NCBI RefSeq assembly: GCF_964194155.1
Contig: NC_135885.1
Span: forward strand, 27,218,001-27,282,000
Source of the DNA: Cetorhinus maximus
Taxonomy: Eukaryota
Direction: 5' to 3'
DNA length: 64,000 nucleotides
Shown one piece after another: positions 12,754 through 25,660 of this stretch. The notes under the pieces were generated by a model. The model was not told the DNA's origin and did no database searches. It saw only the letters and a list, made by a program, of their open reading frames with translations. Both the position numbers and the translations under genes were made by a program. Position 1 is the stretch's first letter; every line of letters starts with the position of its first letter.

Positions 12754-13499
12754 CTGTTGCCAATCAGGGAGAACAAAGGAAGGCCATTGATCTATTAGAC
12801 CCGTTAATGTTTTGAACCTTTTAGTCATTTACATTACTCACTCTTTATGACATGGTTTTGTTGCCCTAAGTCTGGGTACGGTATTTAGTGAGGCAAAAGA
12901 TGTGTTGAAAGCAGCTATCATTTAATACAGTCAGTACTTCATCGCATAGCTGCAAATCTTCTCTACCTCTCCATTCAAAACTCGCCTTTACTGCCGAGAT
13001 GTTAAGCGTTTCCTGGACAAAGTGCAAAGAAGAAAATTTGCCAAAGAGCATCAAAAAGCTGGGAATTTCCAGTCCTGCCCACGAAAGGCATAATGGCGAG
13101 CAGGGTGGGGGGGGAATATCACAACAGGGAAAAGTCAGTTTCCTGTCCACGTAATAACAGGTTGCGATCATCCACTCCTGCCCTCAATGGCGGCACGGTT
13201 TCCCCACTGCACCATGTCGGGAATGCCATTTCAGTACATCAGAACGTCGGGAATGCTCATTATCACAGCTCACCAGAATCATGACCTCACGCTGGATCAA
13301 AAGGCCATGCCGGCCGGCATCTAGTTAGACCGGCGTGATTCACAACCGCGTATAGGCGAAGTGCGCCTGGCGACCTGCACTTCACTCGTAACTTCGAGAT
13401 GCGTTCACCTACCTTGCATCGTGTTACAGAAGCAAGGCTCTATATACCAGACCAGCGGTAAGACAGGGTTAGGCTGTAATGTGCTACAGGGCAAGGGTT

Positions 13500-13752
13500 G
13501 GACTTTGGTGGGGAGGGGCAATGGGGAAGACAAGACAGAGGCAAAGAAAGGGACTGGAGGGTATGGGCTCAACTGGGGGGAGGTGGTGGGGGAAGACAGG
13601 ATAGAAACAAGGGAAGGGGCTGGAAGGTATGGGCTCAACTAGGGGTGGTGGTGGGGAAGACAGGACAGGGGCAAGGGAAAGGGCTGGAGGGTATGGGCTC
13701 AACTGGGAGTGGTGGTGGGGAAGACAGGACAGGGGCAAGGGAAGGGGCTGGA
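13500..13752. repeat. G-rich minisatellite, ~65-bp unit, about 4 copies
   Basis: GGGCTCAACT recurs at 13565, 13631 and 13695 with GGGAAGACAGG...GGGGCTGGAGGGTAT. Confidence 0.85.
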
Positions 13753-13835
13753 GCAACAGAAAGAAAACCTTTGGAGGCTGATGCTCAGTTATGTCTTTCT
13801 TTTAATGTCCCTGCAGAGAGGAAACCTTCAGGAAG

Positions 13836-15065
13836 ATGGAGGGTGTATTTCATGTTGCTGCATCATCGGATGCAGGCAGGAGGATAGGCGGAGGAGAGTG
13901 CTACGGCAGCACCAGGCTTGCCAAAGGGAGGAGCTCCATCCCGATGAGCAAGGGACAGCAGGGGTCCCTCCAAACCCAGAGGATGAGGCTCACAGAAATG
14001 CTGCACGCAGGCTCCTCTCAAGACCGAGGGTGCACAGAAGACGCATGTCCTTTCTGCAGATGAGCGAGAGACAGTGTCGTCGATGCCTCCGTATATCCTG
14101 GAATCTGGTGGCTCACATCTGCCGCATTCTCCAGGAGTTGACGCCACAAGAAATGGGAGGACATCCTTTGCCAGTGGCTCTGAAAGTCGCCACCATTCTT
14201 AACTTCTACATGAATGGCTCTTTCCAGAGTTCCACTGGGGTCCTCTGTGGGATCCCTCAGGCTTCCTCCCACAAGTGCATACAGCAGGTGACAGATGCCC
14301 TCTTTGCCAAGGCCCATAATTATGTGCACTTTGCTAGAGATCAAGCTAGCCAGGCAGCCATAACACTGGGCTTTGCTGCTATTTCCACATTCCTACAGGT
14401 ACAGGGTGCCATCAACTGCACTCATATGGCTTTGAGAGCTCCCTGGCAACAGACAATGCAATACATCAACAGGAAAGGCTACCATTCGCTCAATGTGCAG
14501 TTGGTCTGCGATCACCAGAACACATCAAGCAAGTTTGTGCGAGATACCCACGAATCTTCCACAACTCCTACATCTTGAGTAGATCACAGATTCCAGACAT
14601 CTTTGAGGGACCGCACAACATCCTGGGTTGACTCCTTGGTGACAATGGCCATCCAAAAAGAACATGGCTGATGATGCCTGTCCAATGGCCACATACTCCA
14701 GCCAACGGAAGGTACAACGATGCTCATTCCATCGCATGAACATTAGTAGAGCAAACCATTGGCACCTTGAAGATGCGATTCAGATGCCTTGGCAGGTCTG
14801 GCAGAGCACTCCAGAAGGCTTCATGGATCATCGTAGTTTGCTGCACACTGCACAACCTGGCACTGCAAAAGGGGGAGGACTTGTCAGATGCCGAGATGGA
14901 GGAGCTGCACGTCTCCTCCGATGAGGAGGACGTCGAGAGGGATGAGGGGCGATGAGGTTGAGGAAGCTGAGGCTGCAGGAGGAGAAGCCATAGCACAGAC
15001 CAGACAAGGTAGGCGTGCATGTAGGGCATCCATACCCACCAGATTCCAGGACGATGATGACGAGC
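13836..15065 (+). pseudogene. HARBI1-like DDE transposase pseudogene
   Basis: HPLPVALKVATILNFYMNGSFQ, QGAINCTH (catalytic D replaced by N), NRKGYHSLNVQLVCD, LLGDNG, EQTIGTLKMRFRCL, VVCCTLHNLAL; frameshifts. Confidence 0.9.
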
Positions 15066-15080
15066 AGCAGTGCTTATCCT

Positions 15081-15945
15081 GTCAGCGCTATCGGGCAGCA
15101 CTTGCTTAACAATAGCCTGCTCACTGATGCTCAGTTTGGGTTGTGTCAGGGTCACTCAGCTCCTGACCTCATTACAGCCTTGGTTCAAACATGGACAAAA
15201 GAGCTGAACTCCCAAGGTGAGGTGAGAGTGACTGCCCTTAACATCAAGGCAGCATTTGACCGAGTGTGGCATCACATGGCAAAACTGGAGTCAATGGGAA
15301 TCAGGGGGAAAACTCTCCGCTGGTTGGAATCATACCTAGTACAAAGGAAGATGGTTGTGGTTTTTGGAGGTCAGTCATCTCTGTTCGAGGACATCACTGC
15401 AGGAGTTCCTCAGGGTAGTGTCCTCAGCCCAAACATCTTCAGCTGCTTCATCATTGACCTTCTTTCCATCATAAGGTCAAAAGTGGGGATGTTCGCTGAT
15501 GATTGTACAATGTTCAGCATCATTCGCGACTCCTCAGATACTGAAGCAGTCCATGTCCAAATGCAACAAGACCTGGACAATATCCAGGCTTGGGCTGACA
15601 AGTGGCAAGTAACATTCGCACCACACAAATGCCAGACAATAACCATCTCAAATTAGAGAGAACCTAGCCATCCCTTGACATTACCATTACTGAATCCACC
15701 ACTATCAACATCCTGGGTGTTATCATTGACCAGAAACTGAACAGGACTAGCCATATAAATACTGTGGCTACAAGAGCAGGTCAGAGGCTAGGAATCCTGT
15801 GGCAAGTAACTCACCTCCTGACTCCTCAAAGCCTGTCCATCTACAAGGCACAAGTCAGGAGCGTGATGGAATATTCCCCACTTGCCTGGATGAGTGCAGC
15901 TCCCACAACACTCAAGAAGCTTGACACCATCCAGAAGAAAGCAGC
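15081..15945 (+). mobile_element. Internal reverse-transcriptase fragment of a non-LTR retrotransposon (CR1/L2-group)
   Basis: QFGLCQGHS, AAFDRVWH, GVPQGSVLSP, FADD motifs in ORF 15015-15656; YKAQVRSVMEYSPLAW downstream. Confidence 0.92.
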
Positions 15946-15949
15946 AACA

Positions 15950-17237
15950 CAGGCGCTATGTTCTGGACCAAGGTCTCCATGGCAGCTGCCAACCTACCAG
16001 TGTAGACCTTGGAGCGCTGGCATATCAGCACTAGTACCTCAGGATGAACGCGGGACTTGTTCTTGCCTTGTACCTTGCAATCTTCTACCTTGGAATGCAG
16101 CTGCCTGATATTCCCGGGTCTGTTACTGCAGCTCCAACATTTACATTAAGACCAGTCAACAGGCTCGACATCTGACTGGGACACAGCAGAATCCTGACCT
16201 CCAGCAGTCCTCTGAGTGTTGGGTGGCCTTGGATGTCCCTGCCTCCGCCTGCTGTGGATCAGAATCTGTGCTGTGCTCATCAGATTGTGACACTGAGCCT
16301 GTATTAGGCCGAGGTCCCAGCATGGCACTTGTATCTACACTGGTGGAGGGTGAGTGCTGTGATGGGTCTTCCACAAGTGGGTCCTCAAAATCCTCATCTG
16401 AAGTGTCTTCAGGGTAGAATATGAGGGGTTGGCTCCGGGTGGCTGTAGTGCCAATGACAGACAATAGAGATAATTAGTGCATGGCAACAGATTCCAAGAC
16501 ATAACATTGACAGTCTCACTGTCTGAAGGATCAGCTGGTACAGGGTCTTCACTTGGGTGTACAGCACCGACCTCACTATGACCGAGGGCACGGTCCCAGT
16601 CCTCTCCGCTCAGGTGTACCGCACACTTCTCAAACTGGGTGAAGGCCCTGATCTCTGGCATCTCATCACCGTCTGGGACCTCTCCCTCTTATTGTGGGCG
16701 AGCTTGGTGTCTGCATGAAGACAGATGGAGAGACTGTGAGCAGGAAGCATGCCAAGGTAGGTGATAAGGATGCCTACCTTGTGTGGGTGCCGACTGGAGC
16801 TGTGCACAGGATGAGGACCTGACTGCACAGGATGTGAGCCTAGATGGAGATGTCAGGGTGTGTGTGGGAGAGTGAGTGCTGATGTCACTTGAGCTGGTAG
16901 CATGTGAGATCCCTGCGCACTGTCATCCTGCAAGCGTGTCCGGGGCTTGTAAGAGTGTGAGCTGAGAGGGATGAGAAGGCTGACTTATCCTGGCTGTGCG
17001 GACGAGATCATTCATCCATTTGTGGCACTGTATCGCTGCTCTCCTGCAGGCTGGGGTGGCGCTCACCACCACAGACACCACCTCCCAAGCTGGGTTGGTG
17101 ACCTTGTTGGACCTCCACTGGCTATCCCCAGGGTAGAGAATGTCACGGCAGGCCTCGACAGCATCCAGGTGACCCAGCGAGGAGTCACTAAACTTGGGCA
17201 GGCTGCACTCTTCCTGCTTTTGGGGGCCATCTCTCAC
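15950..17237 (-). pseudogene. Myb/SANT-like DNA-binding gene of the Harbinger element (multi-exon, decayed)
   Basis: PKFSDSSL...ILYPGD...AWEVVSVVVSA...RRAAIQCHKWMNDL; next exon KLAHNKRERSQT; first donor mutated to ATAAGT. Confidence 0.8.
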
Positions 17238-18905
17238 CTGGAGCAGTCCTGAGCTGCAGGCCTTGTGTGCGGGTGCGGTTTAAATATGGCGCCTGGAGCA
17301 AGGATTCGCTGAGGTCATAGGCGAGCAAATCACAGGTGGACAATTGGGTGTGACATTGTGCCACTGCAGTCGGCGGGGAGAAAGCTGGTTTTCCCGCCCA
17401 CCACCACACTTAGTTCGTGGAGGGGAAAATCCCACCCACATTGTTATCAGACCCCACCCAATTTTCTCTCCAGCAAATTGATTTTCCTGGCCAGCAGGGG
17501 GGCCAACCTAACAGCACAGGAGGCCACAGCCAGTGACCCCTGAGAACTGTTCCCTGTGATCAAGATATGGGCAACAGACGTTTAAATATGTTAATGAAGT
17601 CTTCTGCCTCACCAAGATGGGGTACTCGCACGCTCTGAAACCCGGTGCCACTGAGTCGGGAACACATTTCACATTTTTTATATTTAACCAACTCCCAAAC
17701 TGACTTCCTACTACTCTTTGTGGGATTTGGGGGTGGGCTTGGTTTGGTTAGGTTAACATCGAGGCCTGTGAGTCTGAAGCCTGTCACAGTTTTGTCCATT
17801 CAGTGGATTGCACTGTCCCTAATCCCCAAACTTTTTATTTCTTTTTATTTCTTCCTATTAAACAAAGCTTCACAAATGGCATATTCTAATTATTGCCAAT
17901 ACTCTGCTGTGATCTTTATCTTTCAGACGGTGTTTCAGGAACAGAAATACAAGGAGCAATTTATATATCTTGTTGGTTGGCACGAAAGCCATCAAGGTAA
18001 AGTTTTCAACTGGTTGGAGTCTTTGGAGTACCTTTTGGGTACAATCATGAGGAAAGCGACCACTTTGAGAGAAGCTTACCAAGGTCTTACGAGTCTTGAA
18101 ACACAACACATTTCTAGAATTCCTTTTAAGCATTTCCACAGAGCCATTAGGTGCCCCCCAGGCCTGCTGAGGTGAACCTTTGTACTAACCTATCCCTTTC
18201 GATACAAAACTTTCTTTGCTGGTGACAACATCTTCCCTGTTATGCATCTGCAAACAGGAGTGCCCTGCAAACTTTTGGTGCCAAACAGGGAAAGCCTAAG
18301 TATCATGAGTGGATCTGCAGCTGCAGCATTCATGAGTTCTGCCACTTGCAAAGTGGGAGAGAAGTTTTTCCACGCAGTGTGTGTAATCCTAAATGTTCTT
18401 GACAAGCAAGTTGACAATTTGGTTACACAGAGTGCACAGAATTTATTTTTCCCTTAGTGATGGTTGTCTTCTGAAATTTGAACAGCGAATTGCTATCAGA
18501 GTGCTCTTGCAAACTTCAAGGAATGGCAGTATCCATTAACATCGACTGCATCTCATTCAGAGACCAACTGCACCACATTGTAAAACTGTATTAGTTCCAC
18601 ATGGCTATCAACAAGATTACTGTAGACAAGGCCCCTGCCTCTTTCTGTGATTTGTATCACTCTGACTTAAATATTTCATCACACAATATTTTAACACACT
18701 GTAAAGTTTTATTTTTTACCTTGACATGTGCAGCGAAGTCCAGAATAAGGATATTCAACAAAAACAATAGTTCTGAGCATTTCCCCTCCCAGTAATGTAA
18801 GTTGAACTCAATTGAAAGCATCCCTTTATTTGGGATGAATTTCATGCTTACCAAGGCAGGGATTTTAACGCTACATATGGAATATTTTTCCACCTGTTAC
18901 ACCAA

Positions 18906-20370
18906 GGGCCGAACTTTCGCGCCCTAATTTGAACTGGAACAGAAACGGGCAAAATGGCAGCCACACCCTGCAGCCAGATATCCCACCTCCATGTCCACTG
19001 TCAGCAATATTCCCAAGGGTGGGGGAGGGGGCAGTGCGGGCCTCCAAACACCTCCACGCTCCTAAACAGGCCGATTATAAAGTTGTTAAGGGGCTTGCGA
19101 GAAAAGCCGACTCTGCAGCCTTTGTGAATTTTCCCAGGGGGGCAGCCAGTGTTCAGCAGCTGTCTGAATTGGACCAGCTGCAGGTAGGCGAGGGCAAGGC
19201 CAGGGGTGAGTCATGGAGGCGGGAAAAGTTTAAAAAGAGGAGGAGCCAGCATTTAGAACTCTGCCAGTTCAGGGGCTCATCACCTTCCTGGCATCGTGGG
19301 GGCATTGGAGGAGTGGGCATGGCTGCCTGGACTCTGCCTGAGCATTGAGACAGCTGCAGCTGAAAATGAGTTCTGCACCCTCAGAGATTCAGGCCAGGGG
19401 GATGAGCAGCAGCAGCCTGCAAAGGAAGGGCAGAGCACCAGGCATCAGGAGACCAGGGGAGAGGGATGAGGGGCATGAAGGAGAAGAAGACACTGCCCAG
19501 AGCACAGAATCAACAGGCAGGGATGAAGATACCTGGAGATGACTGAGAACCGGTGTTAAAGGAGAGCGTGACTTGCTCAGCAGATGGTCACAGTTTTCTG
19601 TGTCCCCGTCAATGCAGACCTCTGAGGCATCTCACAGGCAGCTGCACCCCGGTGCATCACCCAGGTGACAGATGTCCTCTTCACTAAGACTCTCCAACAC
19701 ATCAGATTCACAACTGGTGAGGCCTCACAGGCTCAGAGGGCACTGAGTCCGGTGCCTGGACCGGGTGCTGGAAGGTGATATTAGAATGGGCAGCCAGTTT
19801 TTTTGGCCGGTGCAGACACGATAGGCGGAATGGCCTCTTTCTGGGCCGTAACTTTTCTATGGTTCTATGGTTGTATGGATGGTGCCCTGCAATGTTTTCC
19901 TCCAAGGGTCTCGGTCATTGTGGTTGTGTGCTGCACTCTATACAACATGGCCCTCCAGAGAGGTGTGTGCCTTGAGGACAGTGAGGCCGTGGGGTGGGGT
20001 GGTGGGGGGAACAGCTTATTAAGAGAGGAGCAGGAACAGGAGGTACGAGAGGAGGAGGAATTGGAGGCAGAGGGAGATGACGCTGAACAGAGAGGTGCCC
20101 CTGCTGCATGAGGAGGTGGCCTCCTCCTGCCACCCACCAGGAAGAGGATGTCCTACCTCTCCCTCATGGGTGCCGGGCCTCTGGCTCCCCTGTGACATCT
20201 TGCTTCCCTGTGGCGCAGTGGTGGGCTTCAGCACAAACTCTCTCCCTCAGGATAACCAGCTGCCTCAGTGAGTCTTAGGTGCCTGAAACCTGCTCCATTT
20301 CTGCCCCCTTTAATCGGCCAGGAAACCCTTCTCCATATCAATTAAGGATTCGCTCCCACAAAAATTGAAC
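18906..20370 (+). mobile_element. Internally deleted Harbinger relic containing a short CR1 3' insertion (~19750-19872)
   Basis: TIR-like GGGCCGAACTTTCG at 18906; PPRVSVIVVVCCTLYNMALQRG plus acidic tail at ~19895-20090; CR1 tail TTTCTATGGTTCTATGG; right end uncertain. Confidence 0.65.
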
Positions 20371-20887
20371 TTCAGCCACTGGGAGCAGGTTTCTGACACA
20401 GAGTCCCAAGTATCAGCAGTAACTGCACACGATGCTAGGTAAAGCCAATGTTAACAATGTTTTATACTATTTTAAAATAATTGCTGTTAACTGTAAAGGG
20501 TTAACATTTGATATTCAAGTTTCGTTATTGTAATTCTAATATTTGCTTGAGCTTCACAGTTCATGAACTGAAAACTTTTAAAAGTGTTGGACCAGAGGCC
20601 CTTGAATGTTCCTGGACTTTTGCAGCCTAAAGGTTAATTTTTAACAGTCCCGTTCATAAAGAAAATAATGGGATCAAGTACTTTTCATTGTATACTGTAG
20701 ATTTACCGAGGATTATAAGCAGAGTTGAAAAGAATGCTTAATTCTGGCTTGACTACTAATGACACCCACCACAGAAACCACAGTTATTCCCGGCACTTAA
20801 CTAGATCTGGGAAAATCCACCTGTTTCAAGGCTTTTTAAAAAGGGGGACAAAAGATGAAGGCAGTTCTTATCCTTGACCAAATTCTA

Positions 20888-21085
<198 letters not shown>

Positions 21086-21787
21086 TCAAATCAATACCAA
21101 CAAGAAATACATCAATCTGTGCATGAAGCATATTCGTAGGCATCATTTCTAAACTTTGCCACATATATTGGTTGTGTCTAGTAAATGACACCGACTCCTA
21201 GCACTCTTCAATATAGACTAGACTTGTGATTTTTTTGTTGCAATATTTAAGGCATTTATACTGCAGTGCAGGTCCACGAGAGTTCAGAATCTCTCAAGAA
21301 CCCCACTATATCGTATCACCAGCTTGGTATTGACAGTCAGCAGACTATTGACAATAAAGGGCAATGCCCCAAGCCCAACCTTATCCTCAATCAACGTTCA
21401 AACTCTTTTCAGTGTCACGTGACATTGATCAAATACAAAAGCCTTGGCTGACTAGTCCAGGGACGTCTGGATCAATTATAGCGTCTTCAGCATCAACATG
21501 ACTGAGATAAACAATCTCAGTAATGAACAAGTACAAAATTGAGGCTCAGGGAGGGTACTTAACCACAGCACCATTGAGAGAACGTTTGTGTTTTTTTTTT
21601 AAATATCACGTTATGATGCCAAGCTATGAAAGACTAAATGAAATAAAGTGTTGATCTAGATTTTTGCTGGCATCAGTAGAGTAACAGCCCTCCTGCTTGA
21701 TTTCAGAGTTTGAAGAATTGCTGTCACTCACACCCGTCTGTCTCTGTGTTTCTACCCTGGGCAACTAGTGAATAGAGTTGGACAGAA

Positions 21788-21809
21788 GCAGCAGCAGCAG
21801 CAGCAGCAG
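21788..21809. repeat. (CAG)n microsatellite
   Basis: gcagcagcagcagcagcagcag. Confidence 0.9.
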
Positions 21810-21938
21810 TTACTCAGGCCAGCCACAGTTAAAGGAAGGTGGCCAACAGCTTGAAAATAATTTTATTTAAAAAGATCCACTTTTAACTCAGTAGATTGCT
21901 GGTAATATATTCAAACATCCGCCAGCAAAGAAACAATA

Positions 21939-22575
21939 GCCAGAATCATCCACTCTGAAGTCTAATTTTGGTAGCGGGCGCAGAATGGTTTCCGTTGGCA
22001 GTGGGCAGGTTGGCTGTTCAGCTCATTAAATATGCATCCGTGAGGAACTCGCTGATTCTCACAATGGCGACAGGCAGGAAGTTGCCGTCCCCATTGTCAA
22101 ATGGGGGGTCAAAGGTCCGGGCGCCATGTTTAAAGGGCACCCGGACAGCCTGCACTATCCCTTCCACCTTTGCCCGGCCACTGCTCCAGCCTTCCCCGCT
22201 AACCCTTCCTGCCTTCCTTGGACATCCTCCACGCAACTTGCACTGTCACCACCCGGTCTCAAGCATAGGCTGACATTTACAGACGCTCCCCAAAGAGCAA
22301 AATACAGCAGCAACTCACCATTAATCATGGAAGAAATCTACCTCGCCAGGGGCATACCGCTTATGTGTAGTCGTAAAAGTGAACGTTCTCATTTCTCCCC
22401 GCTGGGAAACTTATTTTGAAGGCGCAACTTAATTCTGGCGTTGTGGCCTTTTAATGAGCACGCATGCCATGCTAAGCTCATCCCGCCATCAGGAAACTGA
22501 ATTTTGGCCTCATGCCAAATTAAGATCCCCCACCTGCCAAGCTTCTCGCTGCTGGTGGGACCGGAAGATTCCACC
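21939..22575. mobile_element. Harbinger-type MITE (degenerate)
   Basis: GCCAGAATCATCC...GGAAGATTCCACC termini; GC/CpG-rich body in AT-rich intron. Confidence 0.5.
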
Positions 22576-25044
22576 AATATGTCAGTGCAACACAGTGTTA
22601 TTCTATTAAACTCAGAATTTGCAATTCCTCAAAGGCTGCTGGTACGAGTTCACTAGAAGTAAACAATGCTGTTTGCACTGTCAATATAGTGTCAGCATTA
22701 ATCTTTGCATGTAATGGTACTCTGCAGTTTAAAATAGAAATCATTCACAATCCCTCTGGGAATGTTTAGAATCGGTAAACTGATTACAGTCATTAAACTA
22801 CATGTTGAGGTATACAGGACACCTTCCAATTGGCTGGCTCCTAATTGTTTTTCATGACCTTTTAGCTAAACACAGTTTGCTGATCCCCAAAAGCCTGTGA
22901 AAAAGTGCTCCATCTCAAAGTCAGTTGAATAATGTATTCACTGCTGCAGAGCATCTGTTTGTAGCTCTGACTGAAATAGTACTCCAGCTAGAAACTGGTA
23001 AACCAGGGACAATCAGAAAATATCACAACAAAACACACAGGTTAACCAGTTCTGAACTTGGTCAATGTACCAGCAGTAAGAGAAATCATATGGCAATCAC
23101 TCATTAGTGTGTTTGCAATGAGTAAACAAATAACGAATAGTCATGGAAAAACGACAGCAACAATCCCCCTTCCTTCCATTAAAAAAATCCAAAGGCGAGA
23201 AGCCACGAGGTTAGGTAGAACCAGGGCTCTTATATTTTATTAATAACAAGGCTGACTGTTTTTTTTTGTTTTGTGGGCTGTCGTTTAAAATGTATTATTT
23301 TGGGGGGAGGAGGGGAAGGGAGATCCAGAGATAAATGGGCCTCAAACAGGACAAAATACCCGAATAACTGACACCCACTTCATTAACATATATAATGCAG
23401 CTCAAAACATTCTGGGACAGGAAGTCAGGAAGTTATAGATTCAATGAAGTAACAGCTTTGGTACCTGCACAGATACCATGGAGGGAGTTTTGCGGAGCCC
23501 ACAAGAGCGGGAAACATGGCGTGCTTAACACGTGACTTAATTAGACGGGGTCCGAAATCTAGATTTCCCAACGGTGGGTTGAAGTGCAGAGATAAAGTCA
23601 GTGGTGTGCTTGCAGCCTGTCAATCATTATGCTGGTCTGAGGCAGGTTCATACTTGTAATGCACTTGCCTGCCATGAATACTCATTAGTGACAACCCTTT
23701 TTTTAATAAAGTCCTACCTTCGGGATAAAGTCAGCGATGCACGGGAATCTCGTGGCACCCGGTTCAAACTTGTTTAAAGGTGCCATGCACCTGCCAGCTT
23801 TGTGCAGTTGTGTGTAAGGTCAGCGGTTTTCCTTGCTTAACTCGGCGGCAGAGGGGAGGAGAGCAGGAGAATGGCAGCTTGCATGGAGGCTGGCAAGGTT
23901 GAGTCAGTGCTGAGGGGAGGGTTGTGGAGTGGGGTCGGAGGCATGGAAGAGTGGAAGAGGGATCCAGGGGAGGACAGAGGGTGGGGACGGGGCCATGGAG
24001 GAGTGAAGTGGGAAGGGCCTGGTATCCTGGGTGTGGTGGAGGCAGTCAGTCAAGGTAAGAAAATGAGGGGCCTAAAGGGCGGTATCAGGGCTGTCCAAGT
24101 GTGTACCCACCTCCGAGTGTTGGTTGGCAGAGTCCTTACAGGACTTTTGAGTTCAACAACAACATTTCAATTACCTCCACTGAGATTGCTCTCGGACAAT
24201 GTCCTTTATAATGCATAGAAGGGAGGGCTAGCTGAGCCAACAAGTTCAGCCATGTCCCACAGAGTGGCGAGTGCGACACTGGACACTAACATGAGCATTT
24301 AATAAAGGGTGAACAAAAAAACTCAACTAACTCGCCTGTAACCATCAATGTGTGACAACCATGAGGCGTGCCTGTACATTTAGCTCTCTGAGTTACTCTC
24401 AACAAATAACAATGATGCACACATGTATAAAGTGAAATCAATGTAATGTGAAATATTTACAAGTGAAATTAAAATTTGAAAAACACCCGTGCCATCTTTG
24501 TGTTCCCAAGTCTTGTGCTAACAACAATGGAGTTGGGCTGGAAAGTTGTGGCCACGATGCAGAGCCTCCCTGTTTGCCCAGGAGGCTCTTTTATAGCCAG
24601 CCCATAGCTGCAGCATTGTCAACTGATGGTGGGTTTCACCAGTGAAAAGCTACACTGGTGGCACTTAGAAACAGGAGGAAGAGAGAGCACATATATGGAA
24701 CGTTTACGACGTCTGGCGTGGCAAAATCCCGTCCCTGTGTTATAGAGTCAAGTTGCATAGAGTTGGCATTCCTCTCAATACCATTTAGCGAAATGTTGCA
24801 GCTAGGGCAAGGGTTAACAACCTTTTTTTACCTGACCCTGTTTTTAAAAAATTGCCTAAAATAAAAATGATTGGGAGCCACAAAATGAAAATTCAGCATT
24901 TCTTAACCAAATACTTGGTAAATTGCCAAACGTCTCTGGTAGAATATATAATTTATAACTTGTAATAAAATGTATGTTGAATTTATGTGTCAATAGAAAA
25001 TAATTGAAATTAAAATAGACCTACCCCTGAATTATCATATTTTT

Positions 25045-25375
25045 GACATTTTTTGTTATTCTTTCACAGGATGTGGGCTTCGCTGGCTGGGCCAGCATTT
25101 GTTTCCATCCCTAACTGCCTTTGAGAAGGTGGTGGTGAGCCGCCTTCTTGAACCACTGCAGTCCGTGTGGTGTAGGTACACCCACAGTGCTGTTAGGAAA
25201 GGAGTTCCAGGATTTTGACCCAGCGACAGTGAAGGAACGGCAATATATTTCCAAGTCAGGATAGTGGGTGGCTTGGAGAGGAACTTGCAGGTGGTGGTGT
25301 TCCTATCTATCTGCTGCCCTTGTCCTTCTAGATGGTATTGGTCGTGGGTTTGGAAGGTGCTGTCTAAGGAGCCTT
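25045..25375 (-). mobile_element. 3' end of non-LTR LINE, partner of the tRNA SINE
   Basis: Minus strand ends GGCAGTTAGGGATGGAAACAAATGCTGGCCCAGCCAGCGAAGCCCACATCC plus A-rich tail. Confidence 0.75.
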
Positions 25376-25660
25376 GTTGGAGTCATATCTGGTTCCTATA
25401 ATTTTGTCACTAATCTTTAAAACAACTTTAACTTAAGATGCGTCAAATTAAGAATTTTTTTGACTATTAATTCTCTTGATAAATAAATATCTTTAATAGC
25501 ACATTCAGAGTGGCTTATCATCTCAGCTATATTAGAAACAGCAATGGTTGCAACTATAAATCCTGTTCCACGAACCAAAGGCATAATCTATAACCATGGT
25601 GGAGCTATAGCACTCAAACAGGTTTATTTAGAGCACAATGATGCTCTCTGGTAAAATAAT

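Larger units (their letters stand above)
13057..17437 (+). mobile_element. Decayed full-length PIF/Harbinger transposon with two convergent genes
   Basis: Imperfect TIRs AGCTGGGAATTTCC / GGAAAATCCCACCC enclosing a transposase (+) and a Myb-like gene (-). Confidence 0.85.

Noticed and set aside
13500-13752. CRISPR-like array
   Set aside because: Head-to-tail minisatellite without unique spacers in a vertebrate genome
13709-14578. 289-aa ORF as a domesticated HARBI1-like gene
   Set aside because: First catalytic Asp is replaced by Asn, the coding region is frameshifted, and it lies between TIRs
17645-18175. 176-aa plus-strand ORF
   Set aside because: No recognisable domain; starts in repeat-like sequence; antisense within an intron
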